Source: a virus (taxonomy: Duplodnaviria; Caudoviricetes). Taken from it: DNA of 64,000 nt. The stretch covers positions 32,001 through 96,000 of the IMG/VR virus record IMGVR_UViG_3300014203_000012; one strand, given 5' to 3'. The notes below the pieces were generated by a model that did not search any database, was not told where the DNA came from, and saw only the letters and a program-made list of their open reading frames with translations. A program made the position numbers and the translations under genes. Positions 19,109 through 28,282 of this stretch are shown piece by piece; the stretch's first letter is position 1, and every line of letters begins with the position of its first letter.

Positions 19109-19551
19109 TCCTCTCTTTTTATAATACCTCTAACTCGCATTTCAAAACTTGTAAGTATTGAAGAGGAAAACGATTCCGCGTTTAATGGTATCGTTTTCAT
19201 ATGATCTATTAAATTTTTATTAATATCGATAGATACTACCATTTCAAAACCACCCATTTCTATTAGTTTAGGTATAAGAATATCAGTACTACCATCAAAT
19301 GGCGATTTTAGTTTCATCTCACAGTAGTACTTACTATCTGCAAATATATACATAAAATTATATTTATCTTTAATCAAAGAACAGTTAGGGATTAGTTTAC
19401 AAATGACAATTTCGTTTCCGTGTGAATATAATCTTTGCAATAATTTCACAAGAGCATCGTTCTTTTTATTTAGCGATGTGTCGCAACGCGTATCCCCATT
19501 AACAATATACCAAATATTTAGCGAGTCTGGTGTGTTAAAAAGGTCAAACAT
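19105..19551 (-). CDS. Hypothetical protein, tandem paralog of 18662..19108
   Basis: 148 aa, AGGAG RBS. Confidence 0.65.
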   Translation of the reverse strand: MFDLFNTPDSLNIWYIVNGDTRCDTSLNKKNDALVKLLQRLYSHGNEIVICKLIPNCSLIKDKYNFMYIFADSKYYCEMKLKSPFDGSTDILIPKLIEMGGFEMVVSIDINKNLIDHMKTIPLNAESFSSSILTSFEMRVRGIIKREE

Positions 19552-19969
19552 TGGCTATCTCCTTTCTCACACTTTCTATATACTTTTCATATAAAACTCT
19601 ATATTGATTATCTTCAGAATCGCATATTAGATTTCCTACACATATTTTAGCCAATATACCAACAGCCATTCCAATTTCTTTATATATTTTAATAACTTCA
19701 TTAGTATTAAAATATTTATCTTCTATAAAGATGCTAATCTTTTCAACCATATTATCAGTGGCGTGTTTAAATATTATATTAAATAATTCGTCTGATACTT
19801 TAGTTAATCTTCTCTGCAATAATTGATTTTCAGAGAAGCGTAAATCTTTTATTTTAATATTAAATAAATCAATTGAGTTATTACATATAATATCAATAGG
19901 ATAATTATCGATAATTTTTATATCTTTATTTAATTGAACATCGTCTATTTCTATATTTGAAAATATCAT
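19544..19969 (-). CDS. Hypothetical protein
   Basis: 141 aa, AGGAG RBS. Confidence 0.6.
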   Translation of the reverse strand: MIFSNIEIDDVQLNKDIKIIDNYPIDIICNNSIDLFNIKIKDLRFSENQLLQRRLTKVSDELFNIIFKHATDNMVEKISIFIEDKYFNTNEVIKIYKEIGMAVGILAKICVGNLICDSEDNQYRVLYEKYIESVRKEIANV

Positions 19970-20024
19970 ATAATCATCTCCTTATAAAAATAAAAGAGAG
20001 TGCATATTGCACTCTCTTATGTAA

Positions 20025-22187
20025 TTAATTTGTATCTTTGACTCTATGCCGTATAGCTGGACAGAAGTTTTCTTGCTTAGGATTGTCGTCTATGATATTA
20101 GACGTATCACTAAGAAAGTTCTGTGGCTGTTTCATGAAGAATAGATCCATATATGATGGAGAATCCTTCTTGAAGGATAGTGGATAATACAATGCTTTGC
20201 TTAAGTTTTGATAGAGCATAGATATTGTAATACTAGGATTATCAGTAAGCGCCTGATTCAAAGTTATAACCTGATATGGCTCATCTGGGCAATCCCAATC
20301 TGGATTGTCTAGAATACTACCTGCACTTCTTATTTGATTCATAAGAAGTATTTCTAAATGGACAGCCATAATATGTAGATTACCTTCTAATATAAGTTCC
20401 ATCAAAGCCTGCAGTATAGCATCTTTAGTATAACTCTCTGGGCTTTCTTTCCTTTTCTTAGGATCTATTTTCTTATTTAGTGTGCTTTGAATATCATCAA
20501 GTGTCTTGCTTAATTCATTATTGTGAAGTTTAATAAAGAATAAAGCCAGGTCTTGTTTATTCAGTTCAAATAGATCTAGCTGCAACATATCATCTTCAGT
20601 TGTAATCGCATGTTTCTTTAAATATGTATTAAACTCTGACGATAAATACATTGGGTTATCATCTTCTGTTTTTATAATTGTACGTTCTCCCTCTTTATCC
20701 TCCATATAGAATTCTGTGGTGAACGTATTATAATCTCCATCTACAACGTCTTCTTCGTCGTCATCATCCAAATAGTCTGTTTTCTTATAATCATCTTCAT
20801 TCTCTTGAATAAGTTTAAGAGGATCAAAAACCATATAAGTTCCTTTTGGAAAGTTAAAATCTGTTGATAACTGAAGGATATTAATATTAATCGCAAAATA
20901 ATTAGTGAATTCTGGAACCCATGACATTTTCCGAATAATAGTTTCGAGTAAATGCTTAGCCGATAGTTGCCGCTGAGTAAGTTCGGATGAAAGGTTTTCA
21001 GCAGCGAACTTACCAATCTTGATATTATTATTGGTATACGCCAAGTCTCCGTAACATTTATAACATACACCATTACCTCTAGCGGCAGATGCACATGTCA
21101 TTGGACTACGAAGATAAATTGTTTTACCTATTAGAGATGTATCTTTTGAGTGTATGGAATATTCTATTCCATTTGGATTGAACCGATAATATCTATCGGT
21201 TAGAAGATCAAGTATCTTTTTATTTTTAATATTTACTATTTGGAAATTACTAGTATGACAATCATAAGTAGAATCGTCATGTATCGTCGTATCTATATTA
21301 TTCAAACCTAAGATACGAGCAAAGTTACCACTATACCCTACATTGTTCTTCATCTGAATTTGTGCAACCCGAGAAGAACTAGAGTCTATAAATTGGTTAA
21401 GAATACTATTCAGTGAACCACTAAGATAACTACCATCAATGATAGCAGGATGAACCCCGCCTTGACCATTGGGTTTGGACCCGATGTGGATTGCAAATTC
21501 TTTATATTGTCTTTCATTAATCCCTTCTCTAGATAAGAACGGATCTCTGAGACAATGATGGTACCCTATTAAATTTTTAGAATCGTTAATGATAATAGCT
21601 TTAGCTCTTCTAGCTTTTATCATACCGAAATCCTTAACATCTTCGATAGGAGTATTAGGGAATGTAGTATGCATGATAGCATCAAACTCTGGGCTAGCAT
21701 TCATTAATGCAATATCATCTTCCAAATTAATTGTGTTTGCAATAAACATAGAGAACCTGTCGACATCAACAAAGTTATGTAAAGTATCATCGATAATGTT
21801 ATTCATACGCACACTATCCATTTCCTTTCTAACCTCATCAACAAAATGATCGTCAATAAATCCTTTAATATTATCCTGAGTAATTGCAGTATGAAAATAC
21901 AAATGTTTACCTGTGATCTGTTTCGCCGAACGTACAATCAGATACCAGTGAATTATATTAAAATAGAGATCCATTATAGACATATCGACGATGTCACCAT
22001 CACCAAAGTCTACCGTGATAAAAGTTTTTTGTAGAAATTCGGTTTCGATACCGTCTCGCATTAGGTTTAGAACACCATCATAGTGCTCGTGCCAATTATT
22101 CATGGTTATATCACTTGTGTGCAAAACCATCTTTCCTGTCTTTACAAGCTCTTGGTAAATATGATAATTATTAAAATTAGTTAGCAT
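20025..22187 (-). CDS. rpoC: RNA polymerase beta' C-terminal subunit (split; probably non-virion RNAP)
   Basis: Bridge-helix-like VGYSGNFARIL, Zn site LRSPMTC...GVCYKCYG, trigger-loop IGKFAAENLSSELTQRQLSAKH, VHLEILL. Early promoter at 22251-22263. Confidence 0.88.
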   Translation of the reverse strand: MLTNFNNYHIYQELVKTGKMVLHTSDITMNNWHEHYDGVLNLMRDGIETEFLQKTFITVDFGDGDIVDMSIMDLYFNIIHWYLIVRSAKQITGKHLYFHTAITQDNIKGFIDDHFVDEVRKEMDSVRMNNIIDDTLHNFVDVDRFSMFIANTINLEDDIALMNASPEFDAIMHTTFPNTPIEDVKDFGMIKARRAKAIIINDSKNLIGYHHCLRDPFLSREGINERQYKEFAIHIGSKPNGQGGVHPAIIDGSYLSGSLNSILNQFIDSSSSRVAQIQMKNNVGYSGNFARILGLNNIDTTIHDDSTYDCHTSNFQIVNIKNKKILDLLTDRYYRFNPNGIEYSIHSKDTSLIGKTIYLRSPMTCASAARGNGVCYKCYGDLAYTNNNIKIGKFAAENLSSELTQRQLSAKHLLETIIRKMSWVPEFTNYFAININILQLSTDFNFPKGTYMVFDPLKLIQENEDDYKKTDYLDDDDEEDVVDGDYNTFTTEFYMEDKEGERTIIKTEDDNPMYLSSEFNTYLKKHAITTEDDMLQLDLFELNKQDLALFFIKLHNNELSKTLDDIQSTLNKKIDPKKRKESPESYTKDAILQALMELILEGNLHIMAVHLEILLMNQIRSAGSILDNPDWDCPDEPYQVITLNQALTDNPSITISMLYQNLSKALYYPLSFKKDSPSYMDLFFMKQPQNFLSDTSNIIDDNPKQENFCPAIRHRVKDTN

Positions 22188-22250
22188 TGCCCTGCCCCCT
22201 TACCTCGTAGTAATAATAAGTTGGATGAGATTTCAAATCCAATTCTCATG

Positions 22251-22305
22251 TATATAATATATAATTGAGACAGAATATAGAAGGATAGCAAAATGCTATC
22301 CTTCT
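22251..22305 (-). promoter_or_regulatory. Terminator plus early promoter module (copy A)
   Basis: Hairpin agaaggatagc-aaaat-gctatccttct followed on the minus strand by TATATATTATATA. Confidence 0.65.
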
Positions 22306-22323
22306 AATAAAAAATAAAAGGTA

Positions 22324-22719
22324 TTACCCTTTTATTTTTCGTATTTTATATATCTCTTGAATTACTCTATCATTGAATATGGTATAATCAACTTGATGAT
22401 TGTAGGGATTAATTTTATTAAAATATCTGCCATCTACCTTCTTGCACATCTTCCCAATCCATTTCATCATTTTACTATATGCTTCATTTGTCGATTCTGA
22501 TTCTTTGTAGTTTAGAACGGTGTATATCTTATGATCGAAAAAGTCTTCGTAGTCGAAACATCCTACAAACTTATCTATTTTTATAATTATTACACCTTTA
22601 TCTCCTTTAGATACTATCGCATAGTCAATTTCACCTTTCTTTAAACCTCTACCTACACACATCTCCACACTAGATATATTAGGTATTCTATCAACTATAG
22701 CCTCTCCAAAAAATGACAT
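22324..22719 (-). CDS. Hypothetical early protein
   Basis: 131 aa, GGAGG RBS, own promoter and terminator. Confidence 0.65.
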   Translation of the reverse strand: MSFFGEAIVDRIPNISSVEMCVGRGLKKGEIDYAIVSKGDKGVIIIKIDKFVGCFDYEDFFDHKIYTVLNYKESESTNEAYSKMMKWIGKMCKKVDGRYFNKINPYNHQVDYTIFNDRVIQEIYKIRKIKG

Positions 22720-22748
22720 AATTTAACCTCCAATATTATTTATTCACA

Positions 22749-22798
22749 TATATAATATATAACCAGAATATAGAGGGATAGCATAATGCTATCCCTCT
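22749..22798 (-). promoter_or_regulatory. Terminator plus early promoter module (copy B)
   Basis: Hairpin agagggatagc-ataat-gctatccctct plus TATATATTATATA; near-copy of 22251-22305. Confidence 0.65.
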
Positions 22799-22813
22799 TA
22801 TTATATTCTTCTC

Positions 22814-23236
22814 TTAGCGACCAAGTGGTTTAGTGAATGCATTAGGAGTGATTTTAAGCAAGCTGCGTTGAGCAACAACTGCATCTTTCTTAACACGGGT
22901 TGCATACTTATTCATAATCTTACCAATTAGTTCGCGTTCTTTGATACGGTTTTTACGCAACATTCCCCAGTTGGCATCCCCATCTTCTTTTGCTTTTTGG
23001 AAAGCAGCGATTTTGATACGGCGAGTTAAATCATCGATTTTGGAAAGACGTACAATTGTTTTCTTTCCGATAACACCAGCTTCTTCTAGTGCTTTTACTT
23101 CATCTGAAGCCAAGTATTCGTTTCTTTGATCTTCGTTCATCATTCCAACGGTTTGAACAAAGATCTGCTCCATTACAGCAGTCATGTCAGTTACACCAGT
23201 TTCGTTTATTGCGGTGTCTTCATTAAAGAATCCCAT
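22814..23236 (-). CDS. Putative inner head protein
   Basis: Late promoter at 23301-23312, FNE/INE/LEE-type maturation sites, basic C-terminal half. Confidence 0.5.
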   Translation of the reverse strand: MGFFNEDTAINETGVTDMTAVMEQIFVQTVGMMNEDQRNEYLASDEVKALEEAGVIGKKTIVRLSKIDDLTRRIKIAAFQKAKEDGDANWGMLRKNRIKERELIGKIMNKYATRVKKDAVVAQRSLLKITPNAFTKPLGR

Positions 23237-23412
23237 TTTCAAAAACCCCCTAAGGTATATTTTATTTTATAAATATGTCCACAGTATAGCACCTGTAGTT
23301 TATTTAGATGTTTGGTAAATACAAACCTGTTAAAATCATACGATATTAATTTTTAATACAATGGCTACATTAATTTAATGAGCTATACGTATTGATAAAG
23401 GGGAGATTAGAG

Positions 23413-25506
23413 ATGTTTAATGGCAAATTAATGGAGAGATATACTGGAATACTAAAGAGGATTATGCCTTTGTCTATTCCGGCTTTAACAGACGAAGAGT
23501 TGGATGAGGCAATTCAATACTCAATTCAGAAAAGATTTAAGGATAGTGATTGCTCTATCCATAATAATTATAAACACAAAACGGTTAATACCACAATTGC
23601 ACAGCTTACAAACTATATCTTAGACAAAGAACCAATCATGACTTCTTATGGCTGTTTATTTACTAAACATGGTAAAGTAAAGAACCCACTGTATGACTTG
23701 ATTGAAGAGATTGTAACTATCAGGGATAAGTTTAAAAAGGAAATGTTTAAATATCCTAAAGGTAGTGATGAATACGAAAAATACTATCTATTGCAGTTAT
23801 TAGCCAAGGTCGACTCAAACGCCCTGTATGGTTGCTTAGGCAACTACAGTTCTATGTTTTACAACATTTATGTTGCCACCAGTATCACCCGCCAGGGTAA
23901 GTCCTGTATTTCTGCTTCGATCATGCTGTTTGAAGGGTTACTTGCAAACAATGTAAAATTCGGATCTCTTAATGAGATTATTACATTCATTGACAACACA
24001 AGAACTGAAAAGAGAACCTTTAATGACAATGATATTCTAGATAGAGAAATATCTCTTGCAGAATCTTATTGCAAAATTATGGGCACTTGTGGATATAACT
24101 GGATTCCTGATAAGAAAGACGCTTTACTAGTATGGGATATTATGAGTAGATTAACTCCACAAGATTTGACTAGGTTATATTATAAGAATAATATGTATGA
24201 GTTCTTTAACAATAGCCGAATGAATGCTCTTCTTATTAAGATCCTTTGCACACTGAAGCTCCCATTCTTAGACCCTAACAAACCACCAAAAGAAATAAAG
24301 GCCGATATGCAACAACTAATCGCATATGTAAAAGAGTATGTGTATTACAGTTACCAAATCATTGATAAACTTGAGAGAGTAGAAACGATGATGCGTGATA
24401 TCGTATTAGTTACAGATACTGACTCTTGTATCATTAGTTTAGAGCCATGGTATAGGTTTGTTTTGGAAAAGACAAAGGGTGTCGAAATGAATATCAAGCA
24501 TGAGATAATTGATATAGTCGAGTATATGGAAATGGATTCTTTTGGGGATAGAGAGTTACTTTCTATCGTTGAACGAGTTGACCATTCATACGATTACGAT
24601 TTCTACAACGAAGAGCTTATCGAACAGGCAAGAATGATTAATCCAGTACAGATGATCCCACAGGATGGTCTGAGACATTCTATCATAAATATCATGTCGT
24701 ATTGCGTAAGTGAACTTATCTTGGATTACATGTATAAATATACGGTAAACCATAACTCTGCAGCACCAAATAGAAAGTGTCTTCTTATTATGAAGAATGA
24801 GTATCTATTCAAGAGTATTCTTCTTACTGATGGTAAAAAGAATTACGCATCTATACAAGAAATACAAGAAGGTAATATTGTTCCAAAAGATGCATCTCTA
24901 GCAATATCTGGTCTGCCAATTGATAAGGTTGGTATACCGCAATCTACAGCTAAAGCTCTTAAAAAGATTCTTTATGAAGATATTTTAAACTCTGATGGTA
25001 TAGATCAGATTAAAACTCTTAAAGGAATAGCGATTCTTGAAAGAAAGATCTTTAATTCTATTGAGAATGGGGAAACTATGTATCATAAACCTGCTAGAAT
25101 CAAATCTATCGGTACATATGATATGCCATTCAGAATTCAAGGTATAAAAGCATCCGTCGCATACAATGCTTTGAGGGATGAACATGAAGAAGCTATTGAT
25201 TTGGAAAAGAGAAATAGTATTCTTATCATTAAGGTAAATATAAACAAGAAGAATATTGAAGGTCTTAAAATATCTAATCCTAGTAAGTTTGAACAGATGA
25301 CCAAGCTTCTAGATACTAAAGAGTTTAACGGAGATGCAATAGCAGTAGCTATTCCGTCTAGTAATTCTATTCCTAAATGGCTAATTGAGTTTATCGATTA
25401 CACCACAATCATTCATGACAATTTAACTAACTTTCCACTAGAGTCTATTGGAATTACACGTCTTAATAATAAAAATATAACATATTCCAATATATTGGAA
25501 TTATAA
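23413..25506 (+). CDS. Family B DNA polymerase, catalytic part of a split polymerase
   Basis: Motif B AKVDSNALYG, motif C VTDTDS, KKNYA. No exonuclease domain or DxxSLYP motif A recognisable. Confidence 0.85.
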   Translation: MFNGKLMERYTGILKRIMPLSIPALTDEELDEAIQYSIQKRFKDSDCSIHNNYKHKTVNTTIAQLTNYILDKEPIMTSYGCLFTKHGKVKNPLYDLIEEIVTIRDKFKKEMFKYPKGSDEYEKYYLLQLLAKVDSNALYGCLGNYSSMFYNIYVATSITRQGKSCISASIMLFEGLLANNVKFGSLNEIITFIDNTRTEKRTFNDNDILDREISLAESYCKIMGTCGYNWIPDKKDALLVWDIMSRLTPQDLTRLYYKNNMYEFFNNSRMNALLIKILCTLKLPFLDPNKPPKEIKADMQQLIAYVKEYVYYSYQIIDKLERVETMMRDIVLVTDTDSCIISLEPWYRFVLEKTKGVEMNIKHEIIDIVEYMEMDSFGDRELLSIVERVDHSYDYDFYNEELIEQARMINPVQMIPQDGLRHSIINIMSYCVSELILDYMYKYTVNHNSAAPNRKCLLIMKNEYLFKSILLTDGKKNYASIQEIQEGNIVPKDASLAISGLPIDKVGIPQSTAKALKKILYEDILNSDGIDQIKTLKGIAILERKIFNSIENGETMYHKPARIKSIGTYDMPFRIQGIKASVAYNALRDEHEEAIDLEKRNSILIIKVNINKKNIEGLKISNPSKFEQMTKLLDTKEFNGDAIAVAIPSSNSIPKWLIEFIDYTTIIHDNLTNFPLESIGITRLNNKNITYSNILEL

Positions 25507-25521
25507 GGGAGAAGATTTATT

Positions 25522-25812
25522 ATGAAATGCATGAAGGAAATTAGACGGGATAATAAAAATCTTATTATCCCTCCCACAACTGCTGAAAATTTTCAAAAAG
25601 TATTAGATTATCATAAATTATCATTTTTCGAAGATATTAAAAGCTATAATGAAAACCTAAAAAAGTCTATTGAAATTCGGAGAAAAATGCTAACGGAATC
25701 AACAATATACCCAAATCCAGAAGACCGTAAAATTGCAATAGAAGCTTCTCTAGAAATATTAATTTTTGAACAGAAACATTTGCAGCGTATTATTGATAGA
25801 CATACCATATAG
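25522..25812 (+). CDS. Hypothetical protein
   Basis: 96 aa, AGGGAG RBS. Confidence 0.55.
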   Translation: MKCMKEIRRDNKNLIIPPTTAENFQKVLDYHKLSFFEDIKSYNENLKKSIEIRRKMLTESTIYPNPEDRKIAIEASLEILIFEQKHLQRIIDRHTI

Positions 25813-25877
25813 TGTAAATATACCATCTTATATTTAAACACATCAATAACTATATAAGAATATAAGAGGTGTTTATA

Positions 25878-27017
25878 ATGGGATTAAATAATCATTCATT
25901 AGTATTAATCAATGATGGTATAGTAAAAGGATTTGGATATAATGGTGAAGGAGAATTGGGTTTGGGTAATACAACAACCCCATATACCTCCCCTATATTA
26001 ATACCTAATATAAGTAACGTAAAACAAATATCGTGCGGTCAATCTCATTCGCTATTATTACTTAATGATGGTACGGTAAAATCATTTGGAAGTAATAGTA
26101 ACGGTGAATTGGGATTGGGTATTACGACTCAACAAAACACTCCTATATTAATATCAGGGTTAAGTAATGTAAAACAAGTAATAGGAGGGCAATCTTATTC
26201 ATTAGTTTTACTAAATAACGGTACAGTATATGGATTTGGTCGTAATAGTAGTGGTCAATTAGGATTAGGTAATACTATCTCTCCGTATACTAGCCCTACG
26301 TTAATACCTAGTCTAACTAATGTAAAACAAATATCATGTGGTAGTAGTCATTCATTAGCATTACTAAACGATGGTACAGTATATGGATTTGGTGGTAATT
26401 ACTATGGTCAATTAGGGTTAGGTAATAATACATCTATAATTAATACTCCTACATTAATATCAGGGATGAGTAATGTAAAACAAATATCATGTGGTACTAA
26501 TCATTCATTAGCTTTACTAACAGATGGTACGGTAAAATCATTTGGTCGTAATATATATGGTAATTTAGGTTTAAATAATACTAATGATTACAATAGACCC
26601 ACGCTAATACCTAGTCTAAGTGACGTATCTCAAATAACATGTGGCGCAGATCATTCATTAGTTTTACTAAATGATGGTACAGTAAAAGGATTTGGTGCTA
26701 ATCAGTTTGGTAATTTAGGATTAGGTAATACTACGTACCAATATAATAGTCCTACATTAATAACTGGTCTAACTAACGTAAAACAAATATCAGGTGGTGG
26801 CAATTATTCAGTAGTTTTACTAAATGATGGTACAGTAAAAGGATTTGGTGATAATACATATGGTCAATTAGGTTTAGGCAATACTACATCACCATGTACT
26901 ACCCCTACTTTAATAACTACTCTAAGTAACGTGGTATTATTGTGGGATAATATAGTAGTTCGAACAAGATTTGTAATGTTTGTAGATATTAACAAAGTTA
27001 GTTATTCTAAAATATAA
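25878..27017 (+). CDS. RCC1/BLIP-II repeat beta-propeller protein, copy 2 (7 repeats)
   Basis: Seven RCC1 repeats. AACACATCAATA promoter at 25837-25848. GAGGTG RBS. Confidence 0.9.
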   Translation: MGLNNHSLVLINDGIVKGFGYNGEGELGLGNTTTPYTSPILIPNISNVKQISCGQSHSLLLLNDGTVKSFGSNSNGELGLGITTQQNTPILISGLSNVKQVIGGQSYSLVLLNNGTVYGFGRNSSGQLGLGNTISPYTSPTLIPSLTNVKQISCGSSHSLALLNDGTVYGFGGNYYGQLGLGNNTSIINTPTLISGMSNVKQISCGTNHSLALLTDGTVKSFGRNIYGNLGLNNTNDYNRPTLIPSLSDVSQITCGADHSLVLLNDGTVKGFGANQFGNLGLGNTTYQYNSPTLITGLTNVKQISGGGNYSVVLLNDGTVKGFGDNTYGQLGLGNTTSPCTTPTLITTLSNVVLLWDNIVVRTRFVMFVDINKVSYSKI

Positions 27018-27081
27018 TAGCTTATGGAAAATTATTGATATGCATACAATATAGTAAAAATAATAAAGGAGGTTTATTCAA

Positions 27082-27360
27082 ATGAAATTAGCAGAAATTA
27101 AAACAGTGAAATTATTATTGGTATTTTTAGCAGAATTTATTGTCAAAAAAGCAAATTTAGAAGCGGTGCAAAATGTTGTGGCTGTTCAAAAAGAAGTTAA
27201 TACTATCAAAGCATCAATCGCCTTGGGTGACGATCGTAAAGTAGCAGCGGCTCTTACTCGTCTAAACAAACTTGAGGGTGGATTAGATCGTATCCAAAGA
27301 TTGTACAAATCAGTCAGTGGAGAAACGGCTAAATCTTGTTTTGCAAAATACATAGCGTAA
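27082..27360 (+). CDS. Hypothetical protein
   Basis: 92 aa, AGGAGG RBS, TACA-N6-TA at 27045-27056, downstream hairpin at ~27373-27407. Confidence 0.65.
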   Translation: MKLAEIKTVKLLLVFLAEFIVKKANLEAVQNVVAVQKEVNTIKASIALGDDRKVAAALTRLNKLEGGLDRIQRLYKSVSGETAKSCFAKYIA

Positions 27361-27431
27361 AATGATATCTCATAACTCCCATATCTCCATTGGAGATATG
27401 GGAGTTATTTTCTATTAAAGGAGGAATATAT

Positions 27432-27872
27432 ATGGAAATATCAAAAGAAGAATATCAAGAGTTACAAGTAAAAGTACTTAATCTAACTATTCAGCTAGAA
27501 GATGCAGATATAAAAGCAGAAGAAAAAGTTATACTTAATCTACTCTATGCTGAAGATAAAACTATAAATAAAATTATTCAACGAGCAACCACTGCCGAAA
27601 AGGAACTTATTGATTTGAAAGAACGATTTAGTAAACTTTCAGAGATAAATACTCGGGTACTTAAAGATCAAACTAATATTATAAAAAGTGCATATACCTT
27701 AGCATGTAAATATGAAGAGCTAAAGAAAAAAATTCTTAAACCCGAAACTTTAGATGTAATACCACACGATGAGGTTGTTTGTCTTTGCCCAGTAACTGGA
27801 TATGGGACTATTTGCACATATAGCGAATGTCGATTAGCTGATAAGACTACATGTTGGCAGAATGGCGGATGA
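27432..27872 (+). CDS. Coiled-coil protein with Cys-rich C-terminus
   Basis: ATG at 27432 after AGGAGG; C-terminal CLCP...C...C...C. Confidence 0.6.
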   Translation: MEISKEEYQELQVKVLNLTIQLEDADIKAEEKVILNLLYAEDKTINKIIQRATTAEKELIDLKERFSKLSEINTRVLKDQTNIIKSAYTLACKYEELKKKILKPETLDVIPHDEVVCLCPVTGYGTICTYSECRLADKTTCWQNGG

Positions 27873-27886
27873 AAGGATCATAGAAA

Positions 27887-28168
27887 ATGGATAACAGATT
27901 TGACGAATTATTAAGAAATATAACTCTTGTGTATACCACTGGAGAGAAGATAAGAATTGCTGAATGTATCAAATTAGCTAAAAGCTTATTGCTTACCGAG
28001 GATAATGAATTAAATACAGAGAACTGTATGCGTATGCTTAAATCTACCCCATTGCACCTTGTTTGCAAAACCTCAAAGGATATTGTAAATAGAAATTTAT
28101 TTGCAATCCGATATAAAGATATTGCGATAGAATTCCATAGTACTGATACTCCTCCTTCTCAAAATTGA
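27887..28168 (+). CDS. Hypothetical protein
   Basis: 93 aa, AAGGA RBS. Confidence 0.55.
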   Translation: MDNRFDELLRNITLVYTTGEKIRIAECIKLAKSLLLTEDNELNTENCMRMLKSTPLHLVCKTSKDIVNRNLFAIRYKDIAIEFHSTDTPPSQN

Positions 28169-28201
28169 TATATCTATAGTGTCAATAGTCGATATTTCAG
28201 T

Positions 28202-28214
28202 TATATATTATATA
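28202..28214 (+). promoter_or_regulatory. Early-type promoter
   Basis: TTATATATTATATAGGTGAG. Confidence 0.65.
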
Positions 28215-28282
28215 GGTGAGAATGAATAAAATATATAGGCTGAAGTTGAAATTATCGACCAGCCACGAAGGAGAAATTAACT

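Noticed and set aside
20025-25506. Group I introns or inteins in the RNAP, DNA polymerase or terminase genes
   Set aside because: The ORFs are continuous, with no obvious intein termini or non-coding interruptions, and the HNH genes are intergenic
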